Shown: piece by piece, positions 48,201 through 63,200 of the stretch
Numbering within the stretch: position 1 is the first letter of the stretch
Layout: each line of letters opens with the position of its first letter
NCBI RefSeq assembly: GCF_009914755.1
Contig: NC_060925.1
DNA from: the human T2T-CHM13v2.0 reference genome, Homo sapiens
Length of the DNA stretch: 64,000 bases
Reading direction: 5' to 3' (one strand)
Notes under the pieces: model-generated
Databases searched by the model: none
What the model saw: the letters and a program-made list of their open reading frames with translations, nothing else
What the model was told of the DNA's origin: nothing
Program-made: the position numbers and the translations under genes

Positions 48201-51200
48201 GTCAGTTGAATACACACAACACAAGGAAGTTACTGAGAATTCTTCTGTCTAGCATAATATGAAGAAATCCCGTTTCCAACGAAGGCCTCAAAGGGGTCTG
48301 AATATCCAATTGCAGACTTTATAAACAGAGTGTTTACTAACTGCTCTATGAAAAGAAAGGTTAAACTCTGTGAGTTGAACACACACATCACAAAGGAGTT
48401 TCTGAGAATCATTCTGTCTAGTTTTTCTACGAAGATATTTCCTTTTCTACTATTGACCTGAAAGCGGCTGAAATCTCCACTTGCAAATTCCACAAAAAGA
48501 GTGTTTCAAGTCTGCTCTGTGTAAAGGATCGTTCAACTCTGTGAGTTGAATACACACAACACAAGGAAGTTACTGAGAATTCTTCTGTCTAGCAGAATAG
48601 GAAGAAATCCCGTTTCCAACGAAGGCCTCAAAGAGGTCTGAATATCCACTTGCAGACTTTACAAACAGAGTGTTTCCTAACTGCTCTATGAGAAGAAAAG
48701 TTAAACTCTGTGAGTTGAACGCACACATCACAAAGGAGTTTCTGAGAATCGTTCTGTCTAGTTTCTATAGGAAGATATTTCCTATTCTACCATTGACCTC
48801 AAAGCGGCTGAAATCTCCACTTGCAAATTCCACAAAAAGAATGTTTCAAGTCTGCTCTGTGTAAAGGATCGTTCAACTCTGTGAGTTGAATACACACAAC
48901 ACAAGGAAGTTACTGAGAATTATTCTGTCTAGCAAAATATGAAGAAATCCCGTTTCCAACGAAGGCCTCAAAGAGGTCTGAATATCCACTTGCAGACTTT
49001 ACAAACAGAGTGTTTCCTAACTGCTCTATGAAAAGAATAGTTAAACTCTGTGAGTTGAACGCACACATCACAAAGGAGTTTATGAGAATCATTCTGTCTA
49101 GTCTTTATACGAAGATATTTCCTTTTCTACCATTGACCTCAAAGCGGCTGAAATCTCCACTTTCAAATTCCACAAAAAGAGTGTTTCAAGTCTGCTCTGT
49201 GTAAAGGATCGTTCAAATCTGTGAGTAGAATACACACAACACAAGGAAGTCACTGAGAATTCTTCTGTCTAGCAGAATATGAAGAAACCCCGTTTCCAAC
49301 GAAGGCCTCAAGGAGGTCTGAATATCCACTTGCAGACTTTACAAACAGAGTGTTTCCTAACTGCTCTATGAAAAGAAAGGTTAAACTCTGTGAGTTGAAC
49401 GCACACATCACAAAGGAGTTTATGAGAATCATTCTGTCTAGTTTCTATAAGAAGATATTTCCTATTCTACCATTGACCTCAAAGCGGCTGAAATCTCCAC
49501 TTGCAAATTCGACAAAAAGAGTGTTTCAAGCCTGCTCTCTGTAAAGGATCCTTCAACTCTGTGAGTTGAATACACACAACACAAGGAAGTTACTGAGAAT
49601 TCTTCTGTCTAGCAGAATATGAAGAAATCCCGTTTCCAACGAAGGCCACAAGATGTCAGAATATCCACTTGCAGACTTTACAAACAGAGTGTTTCCTAAC
49701 TGCTCTATGAACAGAAAGGTTAAACTCTGTGAGTTGAACGAACACATCACAACGCAGTTTGTGGGAATGATTCTGTCTAGTTTTGAAACGAAGATATTTC
49801 CTTTTCTGCCGTTGACCTTAAAGCGCTTGAAATCTACACTTGCAAATTGCACAAATAGAGTGTTTCAAATCTGCTCTGTCTAAGGGAACGTTCAACTCTG
49901 TGAGTTGAATGCACACAACACAAGGAAGTTACTGGGAATTCTTCTGTCTAGCCTTACATGAAAAAACCCGTTTCCAACGAAGGCCTCTAAGTGGTCAAAA
50001 TATACACGTGCAGACTTTACAAACAGAGTGTTTCCAAACCGCTGAATGAAAAGAAAAGTTAAGCTCTGAGAGTTGAACGCACACATCACGCAGCAGTTTC
50101 TGAGAATGATTCTGTCTAGTTTTTATACGAAGATATTTCCTTTTCTGCCTTTGGCCCCAAAGCGCTTGAAATCTCCACTTGCAAATTCCACAAAAACAGT
50201 GTTTCAAATCTGCTCTCTCTAAATGAAAGTTCAACTCTGTCAGTTGAATACACACAACACAAGGAAGTTACTGAGAATTCTTCTGTCTAGCATAATATGA
50301 AGAAATCCCGTTTCCAACGAAGGCCTCAAAGGGGTCTGAATATCCACTTGCAGACTTTATAAACAGAGTGTTTACTAACTGCTCTATGAAAAGAAAGGTT
50401 AAACTCTGTGAGTTGAACACACACATCACAAAGGAGTTTCTGAGAATCATTCTGTCTAGTTTTTCTACGAAGATATTTCCTTTTCTACTATTGACCTGAA
50501 AGCGGCTGAAATCTCCACTTGCAAATTCCACAAAAAGAGTGTTTCAAGTCTGCTCTGTGTAAAGGATCGTTCAACTCTGTGAGTAGAATACACACAACAC
50601 AAGGAAGTCACTGAGAATTCTTCTGTCTAGCAGAATATGAAGAAATCCCGTTTCCAACGAAGGCCTCAAGGAGGTCTGAATATCCACTTGCAGACTTTAC
50701 AAACAGAGTGTTTCCTAACTGCTCTATGAAAAGAAAGGTTAAACTCTGTGAGTTGAACGCACACATCACAAAGGAGTTTATGAGAATCATTCTGTCTAGT
50801 TTCTATAAGAAGATATTTCCAATTCTACCATTGACCTCAAAGCGGCTGAAATCTCCACTTGCAAATTCGACAAAAAGAGTGTTTCAAGCCTGCTCTCTGT
50901 AAAGGATCCTTCAACTCTGTGAGTTGAATACACACAACACAAGGAAGTTACTGAGAATTATTCTGTCTAGCATAATATGAAGAAATCCCGTTTCCAACGA
51001 AGGCCTCAAAGAGGTCTGAATATCCACTTGCAGACTTTACAAACAGAGTGTTTCCTAACTGCTCTATGAGAAGAAAAGTTAAACTCTGTGAGTTGAACGC
51101 ACACATCACAAAGGAGTTTCTGAGAATCGTTCTGTCTAGTTTCTATAGGAAGATATTTCCTATTCTACCATTGACCTCAAAGCGGCTGAAATCTCCACTT

Positions 51201-54200
51201 GCAAATTCCACAAAAAGAATGTTTCAAGTCTGCTCTGTGTAAAGGATCGTTCAACTCTGTGAGTAGAATACACACAACACAAGGAAGTCACTGAGAATTC
51301 TTCTGTCTAGCAGAATATGAAGAAATCCCGTTTCTAACGAAGGCCTCAAGGAGGTCTGAATATCCACTTGCAGACTTTACAAACAGAGTGTTTCCTAACT
51401 GCTCTATGAACAGAAAGGTTAAACTCTGTGAGTTGAACGCACACATCACAAAGGAGTTTCTGAGAATCATTCTGTCTAGTCTTTATACGAAGAAATTTAC
51501 TTTTCTACCATTGACTCCAAAGCGGCTGAAATCTCCACTTGCAAATTCCAAAAAAAGAGTGTTTCAAGTCTGCTCTGTGTAAAGGATCATTCAACTCTGT
51601 GAGTTGAATAAACACAACACAAGGAAGTTACTGAGAATTCTTCTGTCTAGCAGAATATGAAGAAATCCCGTTTCCGACGAAGGCCTCAAGGAGGTCTGAA
51701 TATCCACTTGCAGACTTTACAAACAGAGTGTTTCCTAACTGCTCTATGAAAAGAAAGGTTAAACTCTGTGAGTTGAACGCACACATCACAAAGGAGTTTC
51801 TGAGAATCATTCTGTCTAGTTTCTATAAGAAGATATTTCCTATTCTACCATTGACCTCAAAGCGGCTGAAATCTCCACTTGCAAATTCGACAAAAAGAGT
51901 GTTTCAAGCCTGCTCTCTGTAAAGGATCCTTCAACTCTGTGAGTTGAATACACACAACACAAGGAAGTTACTGAGAATTCTTCTGTCTAGCAGAATATGA
52001 AGAAATCCCGTTTCCAACGAAGGCCTCAAAGAGGTCTGAATATCCACTTGCACACTTTACAAACAGAGTGTTTCCTAACTGCTCTATGAGAAGAAAAGTT
52101 AAACTCTGTGAGTTGAACGCACACATCACAAAAGATTTTCTGAGAATCATTCTGTCTTGTCTTTATATGAAGATAGTTTCCTTTTCTACCATTGACCTCA
52201 AAGCGGCTGAAATCTCCACTTGCAAATTCCACAAAAAGAGTGTTTCAAGTCTGCTCTGTGTAAAGGATCGTTCAACTCTGTGAGTTGAATACACACAACA
52301 CAAGGAAGTTACTGAGAATTCTTCTGTCTAGCAGAATAGGAAGAAATCCCGTTTCCAACGAAGGCCTCAAAGAGGTCTGAATATCCACTTGCAGACTTTA
52401 CAAACAGAGTGTTTCCTAACTGCTCTATGAAAAGAAAGGTTAAACTCTGTGAGTTGAACACACACATCACAAAGGAGTTTCTGAGAATCGTTCTGTCTAG
52501 TTTCTATAGGAAGATATTTCCTATTCTACCATTGACCTCAAAGCGGCTGAAATCTCCACTTGCAAATTCCACAAAAAGAATGTTTCAAGTCTGCTCTGTG
52601 TAAAGGATCGTTCAACTCTGTGAGTTGAATACACACAACACAAGGAAGTTACTGAGAATTATTCTGTCTAGCAGAATATGAAGAAATCCCGTTTCCAACG
52701 AAGGCCCCAAAGAGGTCTGAATATCCACTTGCAGACTTTACAAACAGAGTGGTTCCTAACTGCTCTGTGAAAAGAAAAGTTAAACTCTGTGAGTTGAACG
52801 CACACATCACAAAGGAGTTTATGAGAATCATTCTGTCTAGTCTTTATACGAAGATATTTCCTTTTCTACCATTGACCTCAAAGCGGCTGAAATCTCCACT
52901 TTCAAATTCCACAAAAAGAGTGTTTCAAGTCTGCTCTGTGTAAAGGATCGTTCAACTCTGTGAGTAGAATACACACAACACAAGGAAGTTACTGAGAATT
53001 CTTCTGTCTAGCAGAATATGAAGAAATCCCGTTTCCAACGAAGGCCTCAAGGAGGTCTGAATATCCACTTGCAGACTTTACAAACACAGTGTTTCCTAAC
53101 TGCTCTATGAACAGAAAGGTTAAACTCTGTGAGTTGAACGCACACATCACAAAGGAGTTTCTGAGAATCATTCTGTCTAGTGTTTATACGAAGATATTTA
53201 CTTTTCTACCATTGACTTCAAAGCGGCTGAAATCTCCACTTGCAAATTCCACAAAAAGACTGTTTCAAGTCTGCTCTGTGTAAAGGATCATTCAACTCTG
53301 TTAGTTGAATAAACACAACACAAGGAAGTTACTGAGAATTATTCTGTCTAGCATAATATGAAGAAATCCCGTTTCCAACGAAGGCCTCAAAGAGGTCTGA
53401 ATATCCACTTGCAGACTTTACAAACAGAGTGTTTCCTAACTGCTCTATGAGAAGAAAAGTTAAACTCTGTGAGTTGAACGCACACATCACAAAAGATTTT
53501 CTGAGAATCATTCTGTCTAGTCTTTATATGAAGATAGTTTCCTTTTCTACCATTGACCTCAAAGCGGCTGAAATCTCCACTTGCAAATTCCACAAAAAGA
53601 GTGTTTCAAGTCTGCTCTGTGTAAAGGATCGTTCAACTCTGTGAGTTGAATACACACAACACAAGGAAGTTACTGAGAATTCTTCTGTCTAGCAGAATAG
53701 GAAGAAATCCCGTTTCCAACGAAGGCCACAAGATGTCAGAATATCCACTTGCAGACTTTACAAACAGAGTGTTTCCTAACTGCTCTATGAACAGAAAGGT
53801 TAAACTCTGTGAGTTGAACGAACACATCACAACGCAGTTTGTGGGAATGATTCTGTCTAGTTTTGAAACGAAGATATTTCCTTTTCTGCCGTTGACCTTA
53901 AAGCGCTTGAAATCTACACTTGCAAATTGCACAAATAGAGTGTTTCAAATCTGCTCTGTCTAAGGGAACGTTCAACTCTGTGAGTTGAATGCACACAACA
54001 CATGAAGTTACTGGGAATTCTTCTGTCTAGCCTTACATGAAAAAAACCCGTTTCCAACGAAGGCCTCTAAGTGGTCAAAATATCCACGTGCAGACTTTAC
54101 AAACAGAGTGTTTCCAAACCGCTGAATGAAAAGAAAAGTTAAACTCTGAGAGTTCAACGCACACATCACGCAGCAGTTTCTGAGAATGATTCTGTCTAGT

Positions 54201-57200
54201 TTTTATACGAAGATATTTCCTTTTCTGCCTTTGGCCCCAAAGCGCTTGAAATCTCCACTTGCAAATTCCACAAAAACAGTGTTTCAAATCTGCTCTCTCT
54301 AAATGAAAGTTCAACTCTGTCAGTTGAATACACACAACACAAGGAAGTTACTGAGAATTCTTCTGTCTAGCATAATATGAAGAAATCCCGTTTCCAACGA
54401 AGGCCTCAAAGGGGTCTGAATATCCACTTGCAGACTTTATAAACAGAGTGTTTACTAACTGCTCTATGAAAAGAAAGGTTAAACTCTGTGAGTTGAACAC
54501 ACACATCACAAAGGAGTTTCTGAGAATCATTCTGTCTAGTTTTTCTACGAAGATATTTCCTTTTCTACTATTGACCTGAAAGCGGCTGAAATCTCCACTT
54601 GCAAATTCCACAAAAAGAGTGTTTCAAGTCTGCTCTGTGTAAAGGATCGTTCAACTCTGTGAGTTGAATACACACAACACAAGGAAGTTACTGAGAATTC
54701 TTCTGTCTAGCAGAATAGGAAGAAATCCCGTTTCCAACGAAGGCCTCAAAGAGGTCTGAATATCCACTTGCAGACTTTACAAACAGAGTGTTTCCTAACT
54801 GCTCTATGAAAAGAAAAGTTAAACTCTGTGAGTTGAACGCACACATCACAAAGGAGTTTCTGAGAATCGTTCTGTCTAGTTTCTATAGGAAGATATTTCC
54901 TATTCTACCATTGACCTCAAAGCGGCTGAAATCTCCACTTGCAAATTCCACAAAAAGAATGTTTCAAGTCTGCTCTGTGTAAAGGATCGTTCAACTCTGT
55001 GAGTTGAATACACACAACACAAGGAAGTTACTGAGAATTATTCTGTCTAGCATAATATGAAGAAATCCCGTTTCCAACGAAGGCCTCAAAGAGGTCTGAA
55101 TATCCACTTGCAGACTTTACAAACATAGTGTTTCCTAACTGCTCTATGAAAAGAATAGTTAAACTCTGTGAGTTGAACGCACACATCACAAAGGAGTTTA
55201 TGAGAATCATTCTGTCTAGTCTTTATACGAAGATATTTCCTTTTCTACCATTGACCTCAAAGCGGCTGAAATCTCCACTTTCAAATTCCACAAAAAGAGT
55301 GTTTCAAGTCTGCTCTGTGTAAAGGATCGTTCAACTCTGTGAGTAGAATACACACAACACAAGGAAGTCACTGAGAATTCTTCTGTCTAGCAGAATATGA
55401 AGAAATCCCGTTTCCAACGAAGGCCTCAAGGAGGTCTGAATATCCACTTGCAGACTTTACAAACAGAGTGTTTCCTAACTGCTCTATGAAAAGAAAGGTT
55501 AAACTCTGTGAGTTGAACGCACACATCACAAAGGAGTTTATGAGAATCATTCTGTCTAGTTTCTATAAGAAGATATTTCCAATTCTACCATTGACCTCAA
55601 AGCGGCTGAAATCTCCACTTGCAAATTCGACAAAAAGAGTGTTTCAAGCCTGCTCTCTGTAAAGGATCCTTCAACTCTGTGAGTTGAATACACACAACAC
55701 AAGGAAGTTACTGAGAATTATTCTGTCTAGCATAATATGAAGAAATCCCGTTTCCAACGAAGGCCTCAAAGAGGTCTGAATATCCACTTGCAGACTTTAC
55801 AAACAGAGTGTTTCCTAACTGCTCTATGAGAAGAAAAGTTAAACTCTGTGAGTTGAACGCACACATCACAAAGGAGTTTCTGAGAATCGTTCTGTCTAGT
55901 TTCTATAGGAAGATATTTCCTATTCTACCATTGACCTCAAAGCGGCTGAAATCTCCACTTGCAAATTCCACAAAAAGAATGTTTCAAGTCTGCTCTGTGT
56001 AAAGGATCGTTCAACTCTGTGAGTTGAATACACACAACACAAGGAAGTTACTGAGAATTATTCTGTCTAGCATAATATGAAGAAATCCCGTTTCCAACGA
56101 AGGCCTCAAAGAGGTCTGAATATCCACTTGCAGACTTTACAAACAGAGTGTTTCCTAACTGCTCTATGAAAAGAAAAGTTAAACTCTGTGAGTTGAACGC
56201 ACACATCACAAAGGAGTTTATGAGAATCATTCTGTCTAGTCTTTATACGAAGATATTTCCTTTTCTACCATTGACCTCAAAGCGGCTGAAATCTCCACTT
56301 GCAAATTCCAAAAAAAGAGTGTTTCAAGTCTGCTCTGTGTAAAGGATCATTCAACTCTGTGAGTTGAATAAACACAACACAAGGAAGTTACTGAGAATTC
56401 TTCTGTCTAGCAGAATATGAAGAAATCCCGTTTCCAACGAAGGCCTCAAGGAGGTCTGAATATCCACTTGCAGACTTTACAAACAGAGTGTTTCCTAACT
56501 GCTCTATGTAAAGAAAGGTTAAACTCTGTGAGTTGAACGCACACATCACAAAGGAGTTTCTGAGAATCATTCTGTCTAGTTTCTATAAGAAGATATTTCC
56601 TATTCTACCATTGACCTCAAAGCGGCTGAAATCTCCACTTGCAAATTCGACAAAAAGAGTGTTTCAAGCCTGCTCTCTGTAAAGGATCCTTCAACTCTGT
56701 GAGTTGAATACACACAACACAAGGAAGTTACTGAGAATTATTCTGTCTAGCATAATATGAAGAAATCCCGTTTCCAACGAAGGCCTCAAAGAGGTCTGAA
56801 TATCCACTTGCACACTTTACAAACAGAGTGTTTCCTAACTGCTCTATGAGAAGAAAAGTTAAACTCTGTGAGTTGAACGCACACATCACAAAAGATTTTC
56901 TGAGAATCATTCTGTCTTGTCTTTATATGAAGATAGTTTCCTTTTCTACCATTGACCTCAAAGCGGCTGAAATCTCCACTTGCAAATTCCACAAAAAGAG
57001 TGTTTCAAGTCTGCTCTGTGTAAAGGATCGTTCAACTCTGTGAGTTGAATACACACAACACAAGGAAGTTACTGAGAATTCTTCTGTCTAGCAGAATATG
57101 AAGAAATCCCGTTTCCAACGAAGGCCACAAGATATCAGAATATCCACTTACAGACTTTACAAACAGAGTGTTTCCTAACTGCTCTATGAACAGAAAGGTT

Positions 57201-60200
57201 AAACTCTGTGAGTTGAACGAACACATCACAACGCAGTTTGTGGGAATGATTCTGTCTAGTTTTGAAACGAAGATATTTCCTTTTCTGCCGTTGACCTTAA
57301 AGCGCTTGAAATCTACACTTGCAAATTGCACAAATAGAGTGTTTCAAATCTGCTCTGTCTAAGGGAACGTTCAACTCTGTGAGTTGAATGCACACAACAC
57401 AAGGAAGTTACTGGGAATTCTTCTGTCTAGCCTTACATGAAAAAACCCGTTTCCAACGAAGGCCTCTAAGTGGTCAAAATATACACGTGCAGACTTTATA
57501 AACAGAGTGTTTCCAAACCGCTGAATGAAAAGAAAAGTTAAACTCTGAGAGTTGAACGCACACAGCACGCAGCAGTTTCTGAGAATGATTCTGTCTAGTT
57601 TTTATACGAAGATATTTCCTTTTCTGCCTTTGGCCCCAAAGCGCTTGAAATCTCCACTTGCAAATTCCACAAAAACAGTGTTTCAAATCTGCTCTCTCTA
57701 AATGAAAGTTCAACTCTGTCAGTTGAATACACACAACACAAGGAAGTTACTGAGAATTCTTCTGTCTAGCATAATATGAAGAAATCCCGTTTCCAACGAA
57801 GGCCTCAAAGGGGTCTGAATATCCACTTGCAGACTTTATAAACAGAGTGTTTACTAACTGCTCTATGAAAAGAAAGGTTAAACTCTGTGAGTTGAACACA
57901 CACATCACAAAGGAGTTTCTGAGAATCATTCTGTCTAGTTTTTCTACGAAGATATTTCCTTTTCTACTATTGACCTGAAAGCGGCTGAAATCTCCACTTG
58001 CAAATTCCACAAAAAGAATGTTTCAAGTCTGCTCTGTGTAAAGGATCGTTCAACTCTGTGAGTTGAATACACACAACACAAGGAAGTTACTGAGAATTAT
58101 TCTGTCTAGCAGAATATGAAGAAATCCCGTTTCCAACGAAGGCCCCAAAGAGGTCTGAATATCCACTTGCAGACTTTACAAACAGAGTGTTTCCTAACTG
58201 CTCTGTGAAAAGAAAAGTTAAACTCTGTGAGTTGAACGCACACATCACAAAGGAGTTTATGAGAATCATTCTGTCTAGTCTTTATACGAAGATATTTCCT
58301 TTTCTACCATTGACCTCAAAGCGGCTGAAATCTCCACTTTCAAATTCCACAAAAAGAGTGTTTCAAGTCTGCTCTGTGTAAAGGATCGTTCAACTCTGTG
58401 AGTAGAATACACACAACACAAGGAAGTTACTGAGAATTCTTCTGTCTAGCAGAATATGAAGAAATCCCGTTTCCAACGAAGGCCTCAAGGAGGTCTGAAT
58501 ATCCACTTGCAGACTTTACAAACAGAGTGTTTCCTAACTGCTCTATGAGCAGAAAGGTTAAACTCTGTGAGTTGAACGCACACATCACAAAGGAGTTTCT
58601 GAGAATCATTCTGTCTAGTCTTTATACGAAGATATTTACTTTTCTACCATTGACTTCAAAGCGGCTGAAATCTCCACTTGCAAATTCCAAAAAAAGAGTG
58701 TTTCAAGTCTGCTCTGTGTAAAGGATCATTCAACTCTGTGAGTTGAATAAACACAACACAAGGAAGTTACTGAGAATTCTTCTGTCTAGCAGAATATGAA
58801 GAAATCCCGTTTCCAACGAAGGCCTCAAGGAGGTCTGAATATCCACTTGCAGACTTTACAAACAGAGTGTTTCCTAACTGCTCTATGAAAAGAAAGGTTA
58901 AACTCTGTGAGTTGAACGCACACATCACAAAGGAGTTTCTGAGAATCATTCTGTCTAGTTTCTATAAGAAGATATTTCCTATTCTACCATTGACCTCAAA
59001 GCGGCTGAAATCTCCACTTGCAAATTCGACAAAAAGAGTGTTTCAAGCCTGCTCTCTGTAAAGGATCCTTCAACTCTGTGAGTTGAATACACACAACACA
59101 AGGAAGTTACTGAGAATTATTCTGTCTAGCATAATATGAAGAAATCCCGTTTCCAACGAAGGCCTCAAAGAGGTCTGAATATCCACTTGCACACTTTACA
59201 AACAGAGTGTTTCCTAACTGCTCTATGAGAAGAAAAGTTAAACTCTGTGAGTTGAACGCACACATCACAAAAGATTTTCTGAGAATCATTCTGTCTAGTC
59301 TTTATATGAAGATAGTTTCCTTTTCTACCATTGACCTCAAAGCGGCTGAAATCTCCACTTGCAAATTCCACAAAAAGAGTGTTTCAAGTCTGCTCTGTGT
59401 AAAGGATCGTTCAACTCTGTGAGTTGAATACACACAACACAAGGAAGTTACTGAGAATTCTTCTGTCTAGCAGAATATGAAGAAATCCCGTTTCCAACGA
59501 AGGCCACAAGATATCAGAATATCCACTTACAGACTTTACAAACAGAGTGTTTCCTAACTGCTCTATGAACAGAAAGGTTAAACTCTGTGAGTTGAACGAA
59601 CACATCACAACGCAGTTTGTGGGAATGATTCTGTCTAGTTTTGAAACGAAGATATTTCCTTTTCTGCCGTTGACCTTAAAGCGCTTGAAATCTACACTTG
59701 CAAATTGCACAAATAGAGTGTTTCAAATCTGCTCTGTCTAAGGGAACGTTCAACTCTGTGAGTTGAATGCACACAACACAAGGAAGTTACTGGGAATTCT
59801 TCTGTCTAGCCTTACATGAAAAAACCCGTTTCCAACGAAGGCCTCTAAGTGGTCAAAATATACACGTGCAGACTTTACAAACAGAGTGTTTCCAAACCGC
59901 TGAATGAAAAGAAAAGTTAAACTCTGAGAGTTGAACGCACACATCACGCAGCAGTTTCTGAGAATGATTCTGTCTAGTTTTTATACGAAGATATTTCCTT
60001 TTCTGCCTTTGGCCCCAAAGCGCTTGAAATCTCCACTTGCAAATTCCACAAAAACAGTGTTTCAAATCTGCTCTCTCTAAATGAAAGTTCAACTCTGTCA
60101 GTTGAATACACACTACACAAGGAAGTTACTGAGAATTCTTCTGTCTAGCATAATATGAAGAAATCCCGTTTCCAACGAAGGCCTCAAAGGGGTCTGAATA

Positions 60201-63200
60201 TCCACTTGCAGACTTTATAAACAGAGTGTTTACTAACTGCTCTATGAAAAGAAAGGTTAAACTCTGTGAGTTGAACACACACATCACAAAGGAGATTCTG
60301 AGAATCATTCTGTCTAGTTTTTCTACGAAGATATTTCCTTTTCTACTATTGACCTGAAAGCAGCTGAAATCTCCACTTGCAAATTCCACAAAAAGAGTGT
60401 TTCAAGTCTGCTCTGTGTAAAGGATCGTTCAACTCTGTGAGTTGAATACACACAACACAAGGAAGTTACTGAGAATTCTTCTGTCTAGCAGAATAGGAAG
60501 AAATCCCGTTTCCAACGAAGGCCTCAAAGAGGTCTGAATATCCACTTGCAGACTTTACAAACAGAGTGTTTCCTAACTGCTCTATGAAAAGAAAGGTTAA
60601 ACTCTGTGAGTTGAACACACACATCACAAAGGAGTTTCTGAGAATCGTTCTGTCTAGTTTCTATAGGAAGATATTTCCTATTCTACCACTGACCTCAAAG
60701 CGGCTGAAATCTCCACTTGCAAATTCCACAAAAAGAATGTTTCAAGTCTGCTCTGTGTAAAGGATCGTTCAACTCTGTGAGTTGAATACACACAACACAA
60801 GGAAGTTACTGAGAATTATTCTGTCTAGCAGAATATGAAGAAATCCCGTTTCCAACGAAGGCCCCAAAGAGGTCTGAATATCCACTTGCAGACTTTACAA
60901 ACAGAGTGGTTCCTAACTGCTCTGTGAAAAGAAAAGTTAAACTCTGTGAGTTGAACGCACACATCACAAAGGAGTTTATGAGAATCATTCTGTCTAGTCT
61001 TTATACGAAGATATTTCCTTTTCTACCATTGACCTCAAAGCGGCTGAAATCTCCACTTTCAAATTCCACAAAAAGAGTGTTTCAAGTCTGCTCTGTGTAA
61101 AGGATCGTTCAACTCTGTGAGTAGAATACACACAACACAAGGAAGTTACTGAGAATTCTTCTGTCTAGCAGAATATGAAGAAATCCCGTTTCCAACGAAG
61201 GCCTCAAGGAGGTCTGAATATCCACTTGCAGACTTTACAAACACAGTGTTTCCTAACTGCTCTATGAACAGAAAGGTTAAACTCTGTGAGTTGAACGCAC
61301 ACATCACAAAGGAGTTTCTGAGAATCATTCTGTCTAGTGTTTATACGAAGATATTTACTTTTCTACCATTGACTTCAAAGCGGCTGAAATCTCCACTTGC
61401 AAATTCCACAAAAAGACTGTTTCAAGTCTGCTCTGTGTAAAGGATCATTCAACTCTGTGAGTTGAATAAACACAACACAAGGAAGTTACTGAGAATTATT
61501 CTGTCTAGCATAATATGAAGAAATCCCGTTTCCAACGAAGGCCTCAAAGAGGTCTGAATATCCACTTGCAGACTTTACAAACAGAGTGTTTCCTAACTGC
61601 TCTATGAGAAGAAAAGTTAAACTCTGTGAGTTGAACGCACACATCACAAAAGATTTTCTGAGAATCATTCTGTCTAGTCTTTATATGAAGATAGTTTCCT
61701 TTTCTACCATTGACCTCAAAGCGGCTGAAATCTCCACTTGCAAATTCCACAAAAAGAGTGTTTCAAGTCTGCTCTGTGTAAAGGATCGTTCAACTCTGTG
61801 AGTTGAATACACACAACACAAGGAAGTTACTGAGAATTCTTCTGTCTAGCAGAATAGGAAGAAATCCCGTTTCCAACGAAGGCCACAAGATGTCAGAATA
61901 TCCACTTGCAGACTTTACAAACAGAGTGTTTCCTAACTGCTCTATGAACAGAAAGGTTAAACTCTGTGAGTTGAACGAACACATCACAACGCAGTTTGTG
62001 GGAATGATTCTGTCTAGTTTTGAAACGAAGATATTTCCTTTTCTGCCGTTGACCTTAAAGCGCTTGAAATCTACACTTGCAAATTGCACAAATAGAGTGT
62101 TTCAAATCTGCTCTGTCTAAGGGAACGTTCAACTCTGTGAGTTGAATGCACACAACACATGAAGTTACTGGGAATTCTTCTGTCTAGCCTTACATGAAAA
62201 AAACCCGTTTCCAACGAAGGCCTCTAAGTGGTCAAAATATCCACGTGCAGACTTTACAAACAGAGTGTTTCCAAACCGCTGAATGAAAAGAAAAGTTAAA
62301 CTCTGAGAGTTCAACGCACACATCACGCAGCAGTTTCTGAGAATGATTCTGTCTAGTTTTTATACGAAGATATTTCCTTTTCTGCCTTTGGCCCCAAAGC
62401 GCTTGAAATCTCCACTTGCAAATTCCACAAAAACAGTGTTTCAAATCTGCTCTCTCTAAATGAAAGTTCAACTCTGTCAGTTGAATACACACAACACAAG
62501 GAAGTTACTGAGAATTCTTCTGTCTAGCATAATATGAAGAAATCCCGTTTCCAACGAAGGCCTCAAAGGGGTCTGAATATCCACTTGCAGACTTTATAAA
62601 CAGAGTGTTTACTAACTGCTCTATGAAAAGAAAGGTTAAACTCTGTGAGTTGAACACACACATCACAAAGGAGTTTCTGAGAATCATTCTGTCTAGTTTT
62701 TCTACGAAGATATTTCCTTTTCTACTATTGACCTGAAAGCGGCTGAAATCTCCACTTGCAAATTCCACAAAAAGAGTGTTTCAAGTCTGCTCTGTGTAAA
62801 GGATCGTTCAACTCTGTGAGTTGAATACACACAACACAAGGAAGTTACTGAGAATTCTTCTGTCTAGCAGAATAGGAAGAAATCCCGTTTCCAACGAAGG
62901 CCTCAAAGAGGTCTGAATATCCACTTGCAGACTTTACAAACAGAGTGTTTCCTAACTGCTCTATGAGAAGAAAAGTTAAACTCTGTGAGTTGAACGCACA
63001 CATCACAAAGGAGTTTCTGAGAATCGTTCTGTCTAGTTTCTATAGGAAGATATTTCCTATTCTACCATTGACCTCAAAGCGGCTGAAATCTCCACTTGCA
63101 AATTCCACAAAAAGAATGTTTCAAGTCTGCTCTGTGTAAAGGATCGTTCAACTCTGTGAGTTGAATACACACAACACAAGGAAGTTACTGAGAATTATTC

